Source: Bigelowiella natans CCMP2755 (taxonomy: Eukaryota > Protista > Cercozoa). Taken from it: 64,000 nucleotides of DNA. The stretch is taken from assembly GCA_000320545.1 (NCBI GenBank), contig ADNK01001725.1, forward strand, positions 80,348-144,347, in the 5' to 3' direction. Positions 41,754 through 54,879 of this stretch are shown piece by piece. Each line of letters opens with the position of its first letter. Positions within the stretch are counted from its first letter, which is position 1. The notes below the pieces were generated by a model. The model was given only the letters and a program-made list of their open reading frames with translations, searched no databases and had not been told where the DNA came from. The position numbers and the translations under genes were made by a program.

Positions 41754-42742
41754 CAACAAGCTAATGCTGCTGCAACCACCACCACCACCACCAACTATGT
41801 AATGTCAGACTCACCGTTAGGGATCATGTATGCTCTTGCCTGTTTTGCTGCATTGACACTTTGATGGTGTTTGTTGAACAAAGGAGGAGGAGGAGGAGGA
41901 GGAGGGACATTGTCGCTGTTTTCATTCATCCCACCCATCTCGTGGTTATTCCTTGTTTCTGCGAGATCTGTGTTGTTCTTGTTGTTCTTCTTCTTGTTGT
42001 TGTTTTCCATAGTAGATGAGAAAAGATTAAGCTCATCGTCATCATTGTGCATTATCCTCCTCTCCATAGTTGTAGCATCATCAAAGAATAAGCTTGGATT
42101 CACCTATAAACATAATAGTAGCAAGCTACATGTATGATTGCAATAGTGCTGATGATGCTGCTGTTGATTATGACGATGATAATGAGCATAGTAGTAGTAG
42201 TAGTGATAGTATTGGTATCAGTACTAGTACCTTGCCTCCATTCAATATGATCCATGAGCCATAGCTCTGTCAATCCAACTCATTATTAAGAGTATGTATT
42301 ATTATATATTACTTATTTTGCGAATTGTAGTAGTTGTAGTAGTTGTAGTACAAGGTATCAACCCATAATTTATGCATTTATGTTTGTGCGTGTAATCATC
42401 ACACATCACTTCCTTCAACTATCTTCTCATTAAAATAATTATCTCAAAATCACCAGCAGCAGTCTGCCTCTCTTGACATAAAGAGGAGGAGGATCAATAT
42501 TTTGCACATAACACAACGATCATCACGGTGGCATCATCATCATCATCATTGAATCGATGAATCATCCAATTTTTCACATACCTGCAAGGAGCCTGCTTGT
42601 GGTCCAGAAATATCTTCAAAGTTTGACCATTTCTACCAGCAACAACAAGTGATGAATGACAACAATGGAAAACAACAGTTGAGAAGAAGGTAGTAGTAGT
42701 GGTAGTAGTAGTGGTAGTAGTGGTAGTAGTAGTAGTAGAAGT

Positions 42743-42784
<42 letters not shown>

Positions 42785-43916
42785 AAAAAAAGACATGCAC
42801 AGATAGGTTCTTCTTAATATGATTGTATCGATATGCTGATATGTGATGTTGTCTACGACAGTAGAAGAAGAAGAAGTAGTAGTAGTAGTAGTAGTTGATT
42901 GTTGTTGTTGCTGTAGTAGTCGTTGCACTAAAAGTAGTATACCGGTGGGGGGGGTAGGCTCGGTGAATCATCATCCTCACGCTTTTTCTTCTTCATCTTC
43001 TTCTTTGTTGCGGCAGTAGCAGCCGCAGCATTATCATCTCTCCCAGATCCACCATCATCATCACCACCAACATCAATAACAGTATTCTTCTTATTTGTAG
43101 TAAATACCGCATCCTCCTTTCCCCCCTCCTCCTCTTCCTTCTCACTGTTGGAAGATTCTTCTTCAGCGTCATTATTTTTATAATGTGATAGAGAAGGCGG
43201 CGGAGGACGTGTCTTATATAGCTGCTGCTGCTGCTATAGTGGAGAGTACGATGATGAAGATGGCGACGATCCAGAAACAGGAAAGAAATTAAGAGGGGGT
43301 TGGGAGAAGTAGATAATAAGTGTTGGTTTGTTGTTGGTGGTGGTGGTGATGGTAGATGTTGTTGGAACCTCTAGAACATCATCATCATCATCATCATCAT
43401 CATCATTACTAATATAACACATCCTTGTAGTACAGCAGCAGCAAATATTAAATACACGCACCTTCTTCTTATCTCTTCCACTAGCCATTGTACTTCTCCA
43501 TATTTGTTGTTTTGAAATGCGGTTAAGATGTTTTTTTAGCAGCCTCAAGGATACATTGTGCAGACACTCCTACATACAACACAAAGTAAGCATAAGTACC
43601 AGCAGTAGCAGCAAAACGATGACCAATGTATCATGAGATAAATAGTATATATTAATAACATACAGTCAGCCATTCAACATACACCTAACTCACACTCACT
43701 AACCATGGCTGCTTTCTTACTCGATCTGAGAATTTTCAATTTACCTATATTGTTGTTGTTGTTGTTGTTGTTCCACAGATGAGATTAGCAAGGCAGACAA
43801 GTACAAACCAGAAGTCATGAGAAAATAAACAATAATAAACACATCGACCAATAACATAATGTTGGACAATATGATGCCTTGCTGCCTCCTTCAGCATTCT
43901 TATAATTTGGGTATAT

Positions 43917-43947
<31 letters not shown>

Positions 43948-44750
43948 TAGCGTGTATGGTATGTAAGTGAATCCTCCTCCTCCCTATTATCACCGTATAG
44001 TGCTGATATTAGTGAAATGTCAACATGATTACTAAATGCTGGAAATATTCTTATCTTTATTGTTCTCAAACACCACCTTTCAAGTACGTTTTTGCTAGAT
44101 GGAAAAACGGCTGAAGTTCTTCCTCTTCTTCTTGTTGTTGTTGTTGTTGTTGCATCATCTCATTATTCGCAGATACTGATGATATGTTGTCTTTGTTGTT
44201 GATATTTCCACGATTTAGGTCATGTTCTTCTTCATCGTCATCGAGTATAGCTGCACGCATTGTTGGATCCATATAATGGTAAAAACGCCATTCTGACAGG
44301 CAAATCGCCTTTATCATCCTGCTCATGCCCATTACCTAATTTCATTATTATCATCATTCATCCTTTGTTATAAATTAGTAGTAAGTAATACACGTGGTCC
44401 TGCTGACGATGACGACGACAATGAACAACGACACTATTTATCACACTTGAAGAACATGAAAGAAAAAGAAGAAGAATATAGGGTGGTTGGTGCAGCATCA
44501 CCATCATCATCATCATCGATTGATTGATTTTAAGTTATTGGACAGTACCTTCAAAGTGTCGTTGACATAGTTGATGGTGTGATGATGATGATGATGTGGA
44601 TCATCATCATCATCATCATTATTAACACCAACATCAACATCGTGTTGGTGATGAGAGATAGAAAGAGGAATCTCAGGTTGTAGTGACATCAAATCATGAT
44701 CTAGAAAGTACTCGTAAGGTGCTGGCCTACTCATTGCCTTTTGGATGATT

Positions 44751-44791
<41 letters not shown>

Positions 44792-44847
44792 ATTCGATTA
44801 ACATCTTACTCCTTAACCATTAAAATCATATAATTAAAGAGGAATAT

Positions 44848-44886
<39 letters not shown>

Positions 44887-45209
44887 CATGTACATACCAT
44901 GAATGCATAGATATTGCTGCGGAGAAGGCGTTCTGAGTTGAATGATGGTGATGATGACGATGCCTTTAAAACAAAGAGGCCTCCCTTGACCTCGTTGCGT
45001 CTTAAACGATCAAGTGCGTGTACAGTGGCGGGGGGGGAAGATGATGCCGAAACCTAAGCAGCAGCGATGCCATCATCAATCTAGTATTATTATCATCATT
45101 TTTCTTCTTCTCCTTCTTCTTCGTCTTTTTACCGGAAGGAAATGCTCATCGTATGCGTTGTCTTCGATTACAAAGCTATTATTACATTGTATGAGGAAGG
45201 TAGGAATAA

Positions 45210-45246
<37 letters not shown>

Positions 45247-46445
45247 GGATATCATAAGAAAAAAAGTGCTTGATGTCTAATGTTGAGCACATTATTTATT
45301 TCTACTTCTTCTTCTTCTTTTCTTCTTTATCACCATCATTATCATCGCCACCACCACCATCTTCTTCTTCTCCTTCTTCTTCTTCTTCTCTACCCATAAG
45401 CATTGAGCAAGTTATCGTTGGCCTTTTGGCCATAGTTGTTGGATACTTCTTCTCCCTGAAAGAAAGAAAGAAAGAAAGAGAGCGAAAAACAATATAATCG
45501 CAATTGATGATGAATATTAAATCTACTTCACTTTGTGCATATTGCTGATTGATTAATGGACGAGTCGATAGATATGATAACTAATACATCACTAATTATA
45601 GCACCATTATTATTACCGCTTTGATATCTTCATGTGCTATATAGCTCATCTTACCCCTCCCATCTTTCAATATAAAGAATTAAATATCAGACAGCAGCAA
45701 TGATGGAAAAATAGCTAAAACCGTTGGCAGATATTGATATTACAACAGATGATGATTATAAGGACAAGTGAATATGTGGATGCTATATGTTCAAAAGCAC
45801 AACAATGCTATGGGGATTATTCTATGCGCCATTAATCTTCAATCTACGACTGATTTCTGTTATTTAGTGGTAGTAGTAGTAGTAGTAGTAGTAGTAGTAC
45901 CAGTACCAGTAGTAGTGGTGGTGTGTTACGTATTATCATCACCATCATCACCACCATCATCATCATCATCATCATTATCATCATTATCATCACCTTTGGT
46001 GGCTGATGGGGGTGTATATCTCCATTCTATTCTGTAATCTTGCTTGTGATTTGATATGTCCAAAAGAGCCATCATGTAGCTGCGACACTTTCCTGTATAC
46101 GTGTATGTAAGATTAGTGTGTGTGTACAATGTATATGCATGTTTCTTGCGTAAATGCTAAAGTAAATATCATCTCCAACATTGGGATGATGGATATCAAC
46201 AAAAATGGTAGATTATGCATACAATTATCAAACTTACAATAAACATATTGTTGAGCAGGGACAAACGATGATGACGAATCAACGGTGTAGATGTGTTCAA
46301 ACCATTATTGGATAATACAGAATTGAGAAATTATGTGTTGTAATCATGATCGGATAATGCAGTATTCAGAAATTATAGGAAACTATATGTTAGTTATTAA
46401 TACATTTTGCAGCAGCAGCAAGTACTATGAAAGCTATTTCTTCTC

Positions 46446-46479
<34 letters not shown>

Positions 46480-46896
46480 CAATATCTTCCTTATACCGAT
46501 TGCAGGATCCATTCACCTATTATCAATGTATATTATCATTTACATTATTATTTGTTATCATCAATATAATTGTTAGCAGCATATATAAAGTGTCCATGAG
46601 CGCCTGAATAAAATGTGTACTCAACCTTAGCATCGAAGGACCGTGAGAAATGAATTGACCTTGCCCAGATCAACTCTTCCAGGCGCAAATCTATATCATA
46701 TATTTATATATTCATATTATTATATATGGAAATATTGAGGCGATGAAGTGCATACGACAATAGCAGATATTATTATTATTAATAATAGACACTGATATAA
46801 TGATGATTGCTGTGAGTTACTGACCTTTAAGGGGAGGATACTCTGGAACAATATCTCGTAGTAGCTAGGTATGATACATATAAATATTTATATATT

Positions 46897-46947
<51 letters not shown>

Positions 46948-47345
46948 GCAGCAGGATACAGAGGCAGTAAGCAGCAGCAGTCATATTGGAAGAAGAGAAG
47001 ACCACAGTAGTAGTAGTAACATCACAGTAGTAGTAGTAGTAGTAGTAGTCGTAGTAGTAGTATCAAAGTACTACAAATTCACACTATTTAGAAGTCAGTC
47101 AATCAGTCAGTCAGTCAGTACTAAGTGGTTGTTGTTGTTGTTGTTGTTGTTGATGATGATGATGATGATGATGATGTTGATGATGATGTAACGTGGCTTC
47201 AATCTGTTTTGATCTATCTGCTAATTCTAATTTTATCACCACACACGCACACACGATCAAGCACACATAATATATACTTTTACCTGCTCATGCAGTTTTA
47301 GCAGATAGTCTCTTCCTCGCATTGCATGTGTGTAACTGATCATGT

Positions 47346-47382
<37 letters not shown>

Positions 47383-47571
47383 GGAGTAGCGGAACTAGGA
47401 GGATGTAACAACTATTTCCTTATCTTTTTTTTTGTTATCATCAATTATTCTTACACTAGAGAGGGTTTGAGCCATTTTAGGCATTTCTCAGGCCAAGTAA
47501 GAGGCTCTAACACGCTACAAAGAAAGAAACAAGTAAGGAAGGAAGGAAAAAAGAATAATCTACCATTAACG

Positions 47572-47607
<36 letters not shown>

Positions 47608-48753
47608 GTGGTGGTGATGGTGATCATAGCTGCTGCTGCTGCTGCTGTTTAAGTGGAAGAAACATGACATCATTTACCATTTTGGAAGTGCTCTGATATA
47701 TGAAGCATAATCCACAGTTTTATTACATCCTTTACGGTGCGTAATCACTGATTTTCCAGCACAAGCCCTAAGAGAAGAAGTAGTAGTTGTTGTTGTTGTT
47801 GTTGTTGTTGTTTCAACATGAAATCAACCAACATACAGCAAATAGAATTAAGGTTATTATTACCTTCTCCTTGCATCGATGAGCCATACCCAAAACTGTA
47901 CATCGTCGGCACTTATAGAGCTTTCTTCCACACCGTAGGTTCTATGTGAAACAACACATCGAAAAGGATGATGCGTTTAAGACTAAGAAGGATGATGCTT
48001 TAGCAGCAGCAGCAGCAGCAGATAGACCTATCATCATCAACACCATCACGGTATTTCTCCTGGAAGATTCGTCTCAGATTGTTGTTAAGGCTGTAGTCTT
48101 TATCGATAGAAATCATCATCACCATCATCATGATCAACATGATTGTAATGAGGAAGAGGATGGGAGGAGGAGGAGAAAGAGGAGGAAGAGGAGGAGGAAA
48201 AGGAGGTGAATAAGGAGAATAAGAACTCAGCGAAATAAATCAGAGTAATTGTTATGTATTCATGATGCTACTAGTCGTACTAATCAGTGATTTTTCTAAA
48301 CTTATTAATAGCACGCATTCTTGAGTCTGCAGCTACAATCGTTCATCATCATCATCATCATCATTATCGTCGTCACATATAAGATCGATAGATAGCGTCG
48401 CTACTACTTACTACCGCATGGTATCATCAGCAAGTCGGTAGGAATAGAGCAAATTGATGAATTAACATTAATATCCTATTGGTAAGGTAGTTGATGGAAG
48501 AGAATAATAATTAGCATCCACGTGATCATCCATCCATCCTCATGATCATCCATCCATCATCACCATCATTATCACAATCATCACTATAAAGAGCACCTTT
48601 GCCGCCATCATCCCTGCTCCTCGCCCCTTCCAATGTGACAGTTTAATCTAGCACCACGACCAATTTCGTGGTAGCAGTAGGATGATATCATCATCATCAT
48701 TATTGTGTACTATGCAATCAATTCCACGTGTGTGTCTCCTACTACCTACAACA

Positions 48754-48791
<38 letters not shown>

Positions 48792-49030
48792 GAATTGAAT
48801 TCACTGAATGATAAGAACACGTGAGAGGACCACAAAATTACTATCTCATATGTATAGTAGTCTATTTTGGTGCTGCTGACGACTGCCCCCTCCCTCTCAC
48901 TATTGCAGTGGTAGTAGTGGTAGTAGTAGTAGTAGTAGTAGTAGTAGTATACGTTCTCCATATTTGCGCCTTGTGCTTGTGCCCATTGAACAAGGTCGGA
49001 AGTGACAGTAGAGCTCCTGATAGTTGAAGA
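36019..49030 (-). CDS. SET-domain protein methyltransferase, Rubisco-LSMT/SETD3 class, many exons, apparently with two SET-like modules; both ends approximate
   Basis: Module 1: SDLVQWAQAQGANMEN | IKLSHWKGRGAGMMAAK | DINVNSSICSIPTDLLM ... YASYIRALPK | LEPLTWPEKCLKWLK ... ELIWARSIHFSRSF ... MMALLDISNHK ... GEEVSNNYGQKANDNLLNAYG | FVIEDNAYD. Module 2 (from ~42270): SWIILNGG-VNPSL, WKAGDIMAELPAEALI, YNILFPAL, FPAYSFTLKAFVWAHQ, LCMMPLHPVID, VDFIRICMLP, EEQATLKEAMNRL. Confidence 0.8.
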
Positions 49031-49232
49031 TAATATGTAATCATATATGCAGTTTTGTAACAGTAACTAGCTGCTGACAAACTACTACTACCTACTACTG
49101 CTACTACTACTACAACGGCAGATTGAAATAAAAACAGTATAGTTCGTTCGACAAAGCGATGTGAGATAAGATGCTCCTCATATTATTAAATTAGAATGCC
49201 AGCACCCAAATTTTGGATATATCGAAATATAT

Positions 49233-49286
49233 CGTCGTATTACGATGCTGCTAATATTCGAATACATATATCGTATTACGATGCTT
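49233..49286. promoter_or_regulatory. Duplicated palindromic motif TCGTA-T-TACGA(TGCT) in a divergent promoter region
   Basis: tcgtattacgatgct at ~49235 and ~49271, between the divergent SET (-) and 2OG-oxygenase (+) genes. Confidence 0.4.
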
Positions 49287-50432
49287 CGCCGAGTAGCGTC
49301 CGCGCCCGCTTTATATTTGACGATGAGCTTATTCTCGCAGGGCCGTTGCGATTGTTAAAATAGTAGTCTTCCTTTCCGAACGCAATACAACTAATAACCT
49401 AACAGTTAACCATCATTGCGATGAAAGATGAAGGTGTTGTGCAGTAATAGTAGTAGTAGTAGTAGTAGTAAATGGGCTATCATTGAGCAAATAAGGCTAC
49501 AATTTCGAGAAATATCCTAAAAAGTAAGCAGCGGTCTCCCGTGTTCCCCCGCCTCCTCCATGTGTGGTGTGGGCACGAAGAAGGTAATATGATTGCGTTT
49601 ATGTGGGTGGTGGTGGTGGTGATTCGTTTGTAATGATGAAACTGCTCTAGTTTTTCTCTTCTTCTCTAAAAGGTATAACACACAGAACGGTGGCATCAGC
49701 CAAAAGGTCTTTTGTACGACTGGACGCAGTTATTACCGCAGCTACTACGACGAGATTGCAGAAGACGGTGAGCCATTCTCTTCTACTTCTTCTTGCTGAG
49801 GTGATGCTGCTGTGCCTCAAGAGGGGCCTTGCAGCAGCCACCATCTAGTAACGTCTGGCAGTGTTACTATCACAGCGTTGTTTTGGTCTTTCTCCTTCTC
49901 CTATCCGTGGACATTATAGATTGTTGTTTGTTCCTTCATTCTCTCCCTTTCTCCCTCTCTCTCCTAGAACATTATGATAATCATAAAAATGATATCACAA
50001 TAATCAGAATCATAATAATCGTAGGGTATTTACTTGCTGCGACTTGGATTTTACGTTGTCGCACAATGTAATTGCATCCTTTTCTACTTCCTACTCTTCT
50101 TCTTATTCTTCTTTTTCTCCCAGAATGGGGTATCCATCATCACACCACGTGCATGTTACGTGATCACATGTGACTACAGCGGCGGGTCTTATGTTGTCAT
50201 CTGCCTGAGCGTGGAACGTACTACAAAAGTATCGCTAGAGGATTGCTCATAGGAAAGACCTCTACATATGAAGCGCATCGTTGTCCTCGGATTTGGTGTG
50301 GATTTCTTCCTTCGATTATTATGATATACTAACAAGTTTATCGTGTCTGATACGATCTTGATCATAACACAAAAGGTATACTGGCGCTAGTAGTGGCACT
50401 TATCCATATTTCATTTTTCTTGAATGAAAGCA

Positions 50433-51335
50433 GCTCTCGTGTCTGTTCATTGGCGACAACATTGATGGGTGGGGCAACACTATCATCATCGCATTCTCCT
50501 TGTCGTCGTCGTCGTCGTCATTTCAACATACCAAGAACACTCAAGAGGATCCTCTTCCGTAGCAGCTTCCGTCAACAAAATGACCATTATACAAGTTGTT
50601 GGAAAACTGCAACAACAACAACAACAACAACAACATCTTTTATGCGCCTTGCTCCAAGTTTCGTCAAAGAAAATGATGATGATTATGATGAGGGGGTCGA
50701 CGATGCTGCTGATGCCGTCGCACATATTCCAACTTTTAACTTGCTGGATTTTGACCCGAGGGAATTGAAACAGGGTGGGTGTGGAAGCTACTAATCACAA
50801 AGTCTAATTATCAAATCATCAATGAAAAGTTCTGCGTTGTCATCCAAAAGGAAGTGTAGCAATGAATTAGAGTATGTAAGAATACTACGTTCATAAAGCT
50901 TATAACACTGACCACTTTAATGACGACAATGGGAAATAGGAGAAAGAGGAGAAAGAGACAGATATAATCAGTAGTTGTACTTTGGGAAGCTATCTAAGCA
51001 TATATTATCTGTATCAGCTTGCACGGAAACTGGGTTCTTTGCAGTGAGCGGCCATGGAATAGACATGCACCTAGTAGAGCTAGTTTTTTCTATGTCTTCA
51101 AAGCACATTTTTGACCTCGATATGTCAACAAAGGTGCCCAGCTATCCTCTAAGAAATAAACTTCTAAATAATCATTAATTCTCTATCATCCAGAATTTCA
51201 CAGTAATTAACAAATGCAATGGATGAATGTTGTTATGTAATTCAGAATGAATTGGTTGTTGGAGATATGCAACGTTCCAGAGGATGGGAAATGAGTCCTG
51301 AACACATGTAAGAAAAAAGAAGTAGAAGGAAAACC

Positions 51336-51366
<31 letters not shown>

Positions 51367-51474
51367 AGAAGTAGTAGAAGTAGTAGTAGTAGAAGTAGTA
51401 GTAGTAGTAGCAGTGGGTGGTGATGATTGTAGTGACCTAGTAGGTAGGTAGGTAGGTTGGTAGGGGGGAGATTG

Positions 51475-51511
<37 letters not shown>

Positions 51512-51762
51512 TGGAAGAATACATTGGTTACATCATGACCCATCATTGCTCTGCTGCCTGCTTGCTCTTATTTATAGCACATACATGGAGGAGAATAAGA
51601 GGAAGAAGAAATATATGGACGAGGAGGAGAAAAAAGAGCCTAGTGCAGTGTTGGGAATTGTGAACGAGAGGTTCTGCATAGGTCCAGCTGTTTGCCCAGA
51701 TAAGTACATTGGAACAAAGGATCAGCCTCTCTTCTACCCTAATAATGTACTACTACTACTAC

Positions 51763-51803
<41 letters not shown>

Positions 51804-52646
51804 ACAGTAGTTGATCATACTAAACCACATAATCGTAATCATAATATGTGTCGTATTTTCACTGGCCATTATAATAATACACATCTTACTCTATTGTTTT
51901 TCCTCATATCTCTACTACTCTCTCAGGTTTTCCCACAAATTAGCAAAATTGGTGATGATGATAAAAGTAAAAAAAACATATCATCTTTGCAAGATTCACT
52001 TCAGGAGTTGTACTGTCAGGTGATGATGTTTAATCTGTATTGTTCTAAATACACTACCACTACCACTAAATAACAACAACTAACAACGAATGCTTCAGCC
52101 ACAAGCACAGAATACCAGAAGAAAAGGATAGCTCCAAGTGATGCTTTGATTTGATTTGAAACACACGAAAAGATGATTATTTTCTGGAACACAGATTATA
52201 CTAAATAAATTCATCCACGCTGCTCAGATGACAGAAGCATCGATTCTAGTTATGGAGGCACTAGCCCTTTGCTTGGATCAACCAAAGAACACGTTTTATG
52301 ACCCTCCTCCGTTAGTAGGAGAACAAAGAGGAGGAGGGGGGGGAGATAAAACAACAACTTCATCATTATCATCATCAGCACCAGCAGCATCACTTAGCAT
52401 CTATCATCAGTGCAGCAATATGCAGGTAGTAGTATATAGTAATAATAATACCTATTGGTTAAGGCAATAATAGTACAGCATATCTTTTACGAATGAAGTA
52501 CTTACGGTGACGGAAGATCTTGCTTTGTTAATTTGACATTCATGATGCACTAAGAGAGATATTACAGCTCCTAATTATCCATATTCTTCTACGCTGCTGC
52601 CTCTTCTTTCATTTGAATAGGTAGCAAACTACCCTTCGTTGCTATG

Positions 52647-52678
<32 letters not shown>

Positions 52679-53816
52679 GCGAAGTTATTAGCGATTGTAA
52701 GGAGAAGTATGATGAGGATGATGGTAGTGGATTCTCTGGAGTCTTTAACAAGCAGGGGCAACGACAACAACAACGACCACGACAACGCCCAACGAGGGTT
52801 AAATCACACGCAGATTCAGGAACTGTGACTCTATTAATACGACGTCGTCAAGTTTTAACAGATGAAAGCAAAGCGTCTGGGGGCTTGGAAATCCTCACAA
52901 AAGGTAATGGAGAGGTGATGCTGTAGTAGTAGTAGCAGCAGCAGCAACAACAGTGGTAGTGGTGGTGGTAATAGTAGTAGACGGGTTATAATTAATTAAT
53001 AGCGGTGCTACCACAACCACCTTTGAAGTATTTGTCAAGTAATGATTGAAATATAATCGTGGTCATCATCTAATTTCATCATGCATGCAGAGGGAAAGTG
53101 GCTGCGTGTACCCAAACTTCGCGAAGGAGAAGTTTTAGTAAACATCGGAAACCTACTCAAAAAGTGGACAAATGGAGTGTAAGTAGTAGTAGTAGTAGTT
53201 GTTGTTGTTGTTGTAGAGAGTAGCAGAGTAACAGTAGTAGTTAATAGCAATACGCTAATAACTGGGTAAGTGAGGGACTAAATGACTCCCATTCCAGCGA
53301 AGTAGCATAGAACGGTGACGATGATGAGAAATGTTGCAGTATTATCTATCACAGTAAGAGCTATTCGATCTATTAGTACTCACAACAAGGCGGATGATTG
53401 AACATACAATCGCCAATAAACACACACTTGGAAATCACAAGGTTTCACACCACTAAAACTTGGAAATGACTACTCGCACTAGGTTTCAAAGCACTAAACA
53501 TCGGGTGACAAATCCTCCTGCCCCTGCACCTAACTCTCGGAGAATGTCCATTGCGTACTTTCAGAAGCCAGATCCTGGTTTTTCAACAGTATTTAAAACA
53601 AAGAAATATTGAAGAATTTTAAGAGAAGAATTTGTGCTACTGACAGATATGCCGATCTCGCCATTGAACGTTGATGGGGCTACTCCAAGGGATAGGAATC
53701 TGGCAGAGAAAACTACTGCTACCAACGCCACAACGAGTGTATTGGCTCGTTCTTTGACACGCGTAGGCATTCTTCACAGACTCATCAACGAGAAAGGTAG
53801 TAGTACTGGAGAATAA
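50433..53816 (+). CDS. 2-oxoglutarate/Fe(II)-dependent oxygenase, IPNS/DIOX_N family, multi-exon; N-terminal transit-like region, first exon unresolved
   Basis: IPTFNLLDF | ACTETGFFAVSGHGID | RSRGWE | NERFCIGP...LFYPNN | VFP | VMEALALCLD | VANYP...RVKSHADSGTVTLL...GGLEILTK | GKWLRVP...VLVNIGNLLKKWTNG | RFQSTKHRVTNPP...RRMSIAYFQKP. The HxD...H iron triad and the RxS 2OG-binding motif are present. Confidence 0.9.
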
Positions 53817-54879
53817 GAATGGTAGTCACAAAAATAACAAGTTTTAAGAGATACTAGGAAAGGACATATATTGAATAATACCTCACCATCCATCCATGAA
53901 TTAGGGTTGACAAATGAGGAAGCACGCCATGAGTATCATCGGTACCACCGTTACAACTATTTCTCTGATAATCCAGCACAACAACTATATCTAAAAAATC
54001 ATCTTTAAATAATCATGTTCTAAGTGAATGCATAGCAATTGATGTTGGTGAATATATATCCTCGCTCAGGATCATGGAAAGCCCATATTTGAATGAGAAA
54101 TACGAAGACACAAAGCAGCGGATGAATTAGTTCACGGTAAAATTTATGAAGAGTTACATTTCAATACAACATTCTATTATTTTTCATTTCCGAAATGCGC
54201 TTCTTGTCGCGCAAAAATAATTCAACCATTAGTATCAATAATGCTCTAACTTAAATAGCGGTTGCATATACGTACATGTGTTGATGAGAATTTTTCTTTA
54301 TTCTAATGTGATATCGAAGGATTGAACGATATGCAGAGAGGAGTGTGCGACAATAATAGACAACACACTGCAGCAACTTTACTTGATATCATAGCAACAG
54401 ATTTTAGTTGGTACAGCATCATGGCCTATGTCATTCAATTAATTCCAACTATTATTAAAACAAAGTGCCATCTAACCTGCCAGCATACGCTTTTTTGCCA
54501 TTTGACCGACTTACATCAATGAATGGCCCAAACATTGGTGTAGTGGCCTATTTGCGATCAATAATTGTACGTGGTATATTTCGTCGCTAATAAGAACCAC
54601 ATTTTGATCTTGTGCCAAGATTTTTCATTCATGCTACATGCCTCCGCTGCTGCATGCAAGCTTGCAATTTGCCCTATACATGCACCGCATGGTGGAAAGG
54701 TCACATGCTTGTATGCATATATACTCATTGACGAAAATGTAGGCAATCAAACTTGCGCGATGTTCATCGCAAAATACTATGGAAAGCTGCAGAGCAAGCA
54801 TGACATATATCATGTTGACATTGATGATGGTAGACACAGAATATCCTCTATTTTTTTTCGATTCTTAAACGTGGTATCA

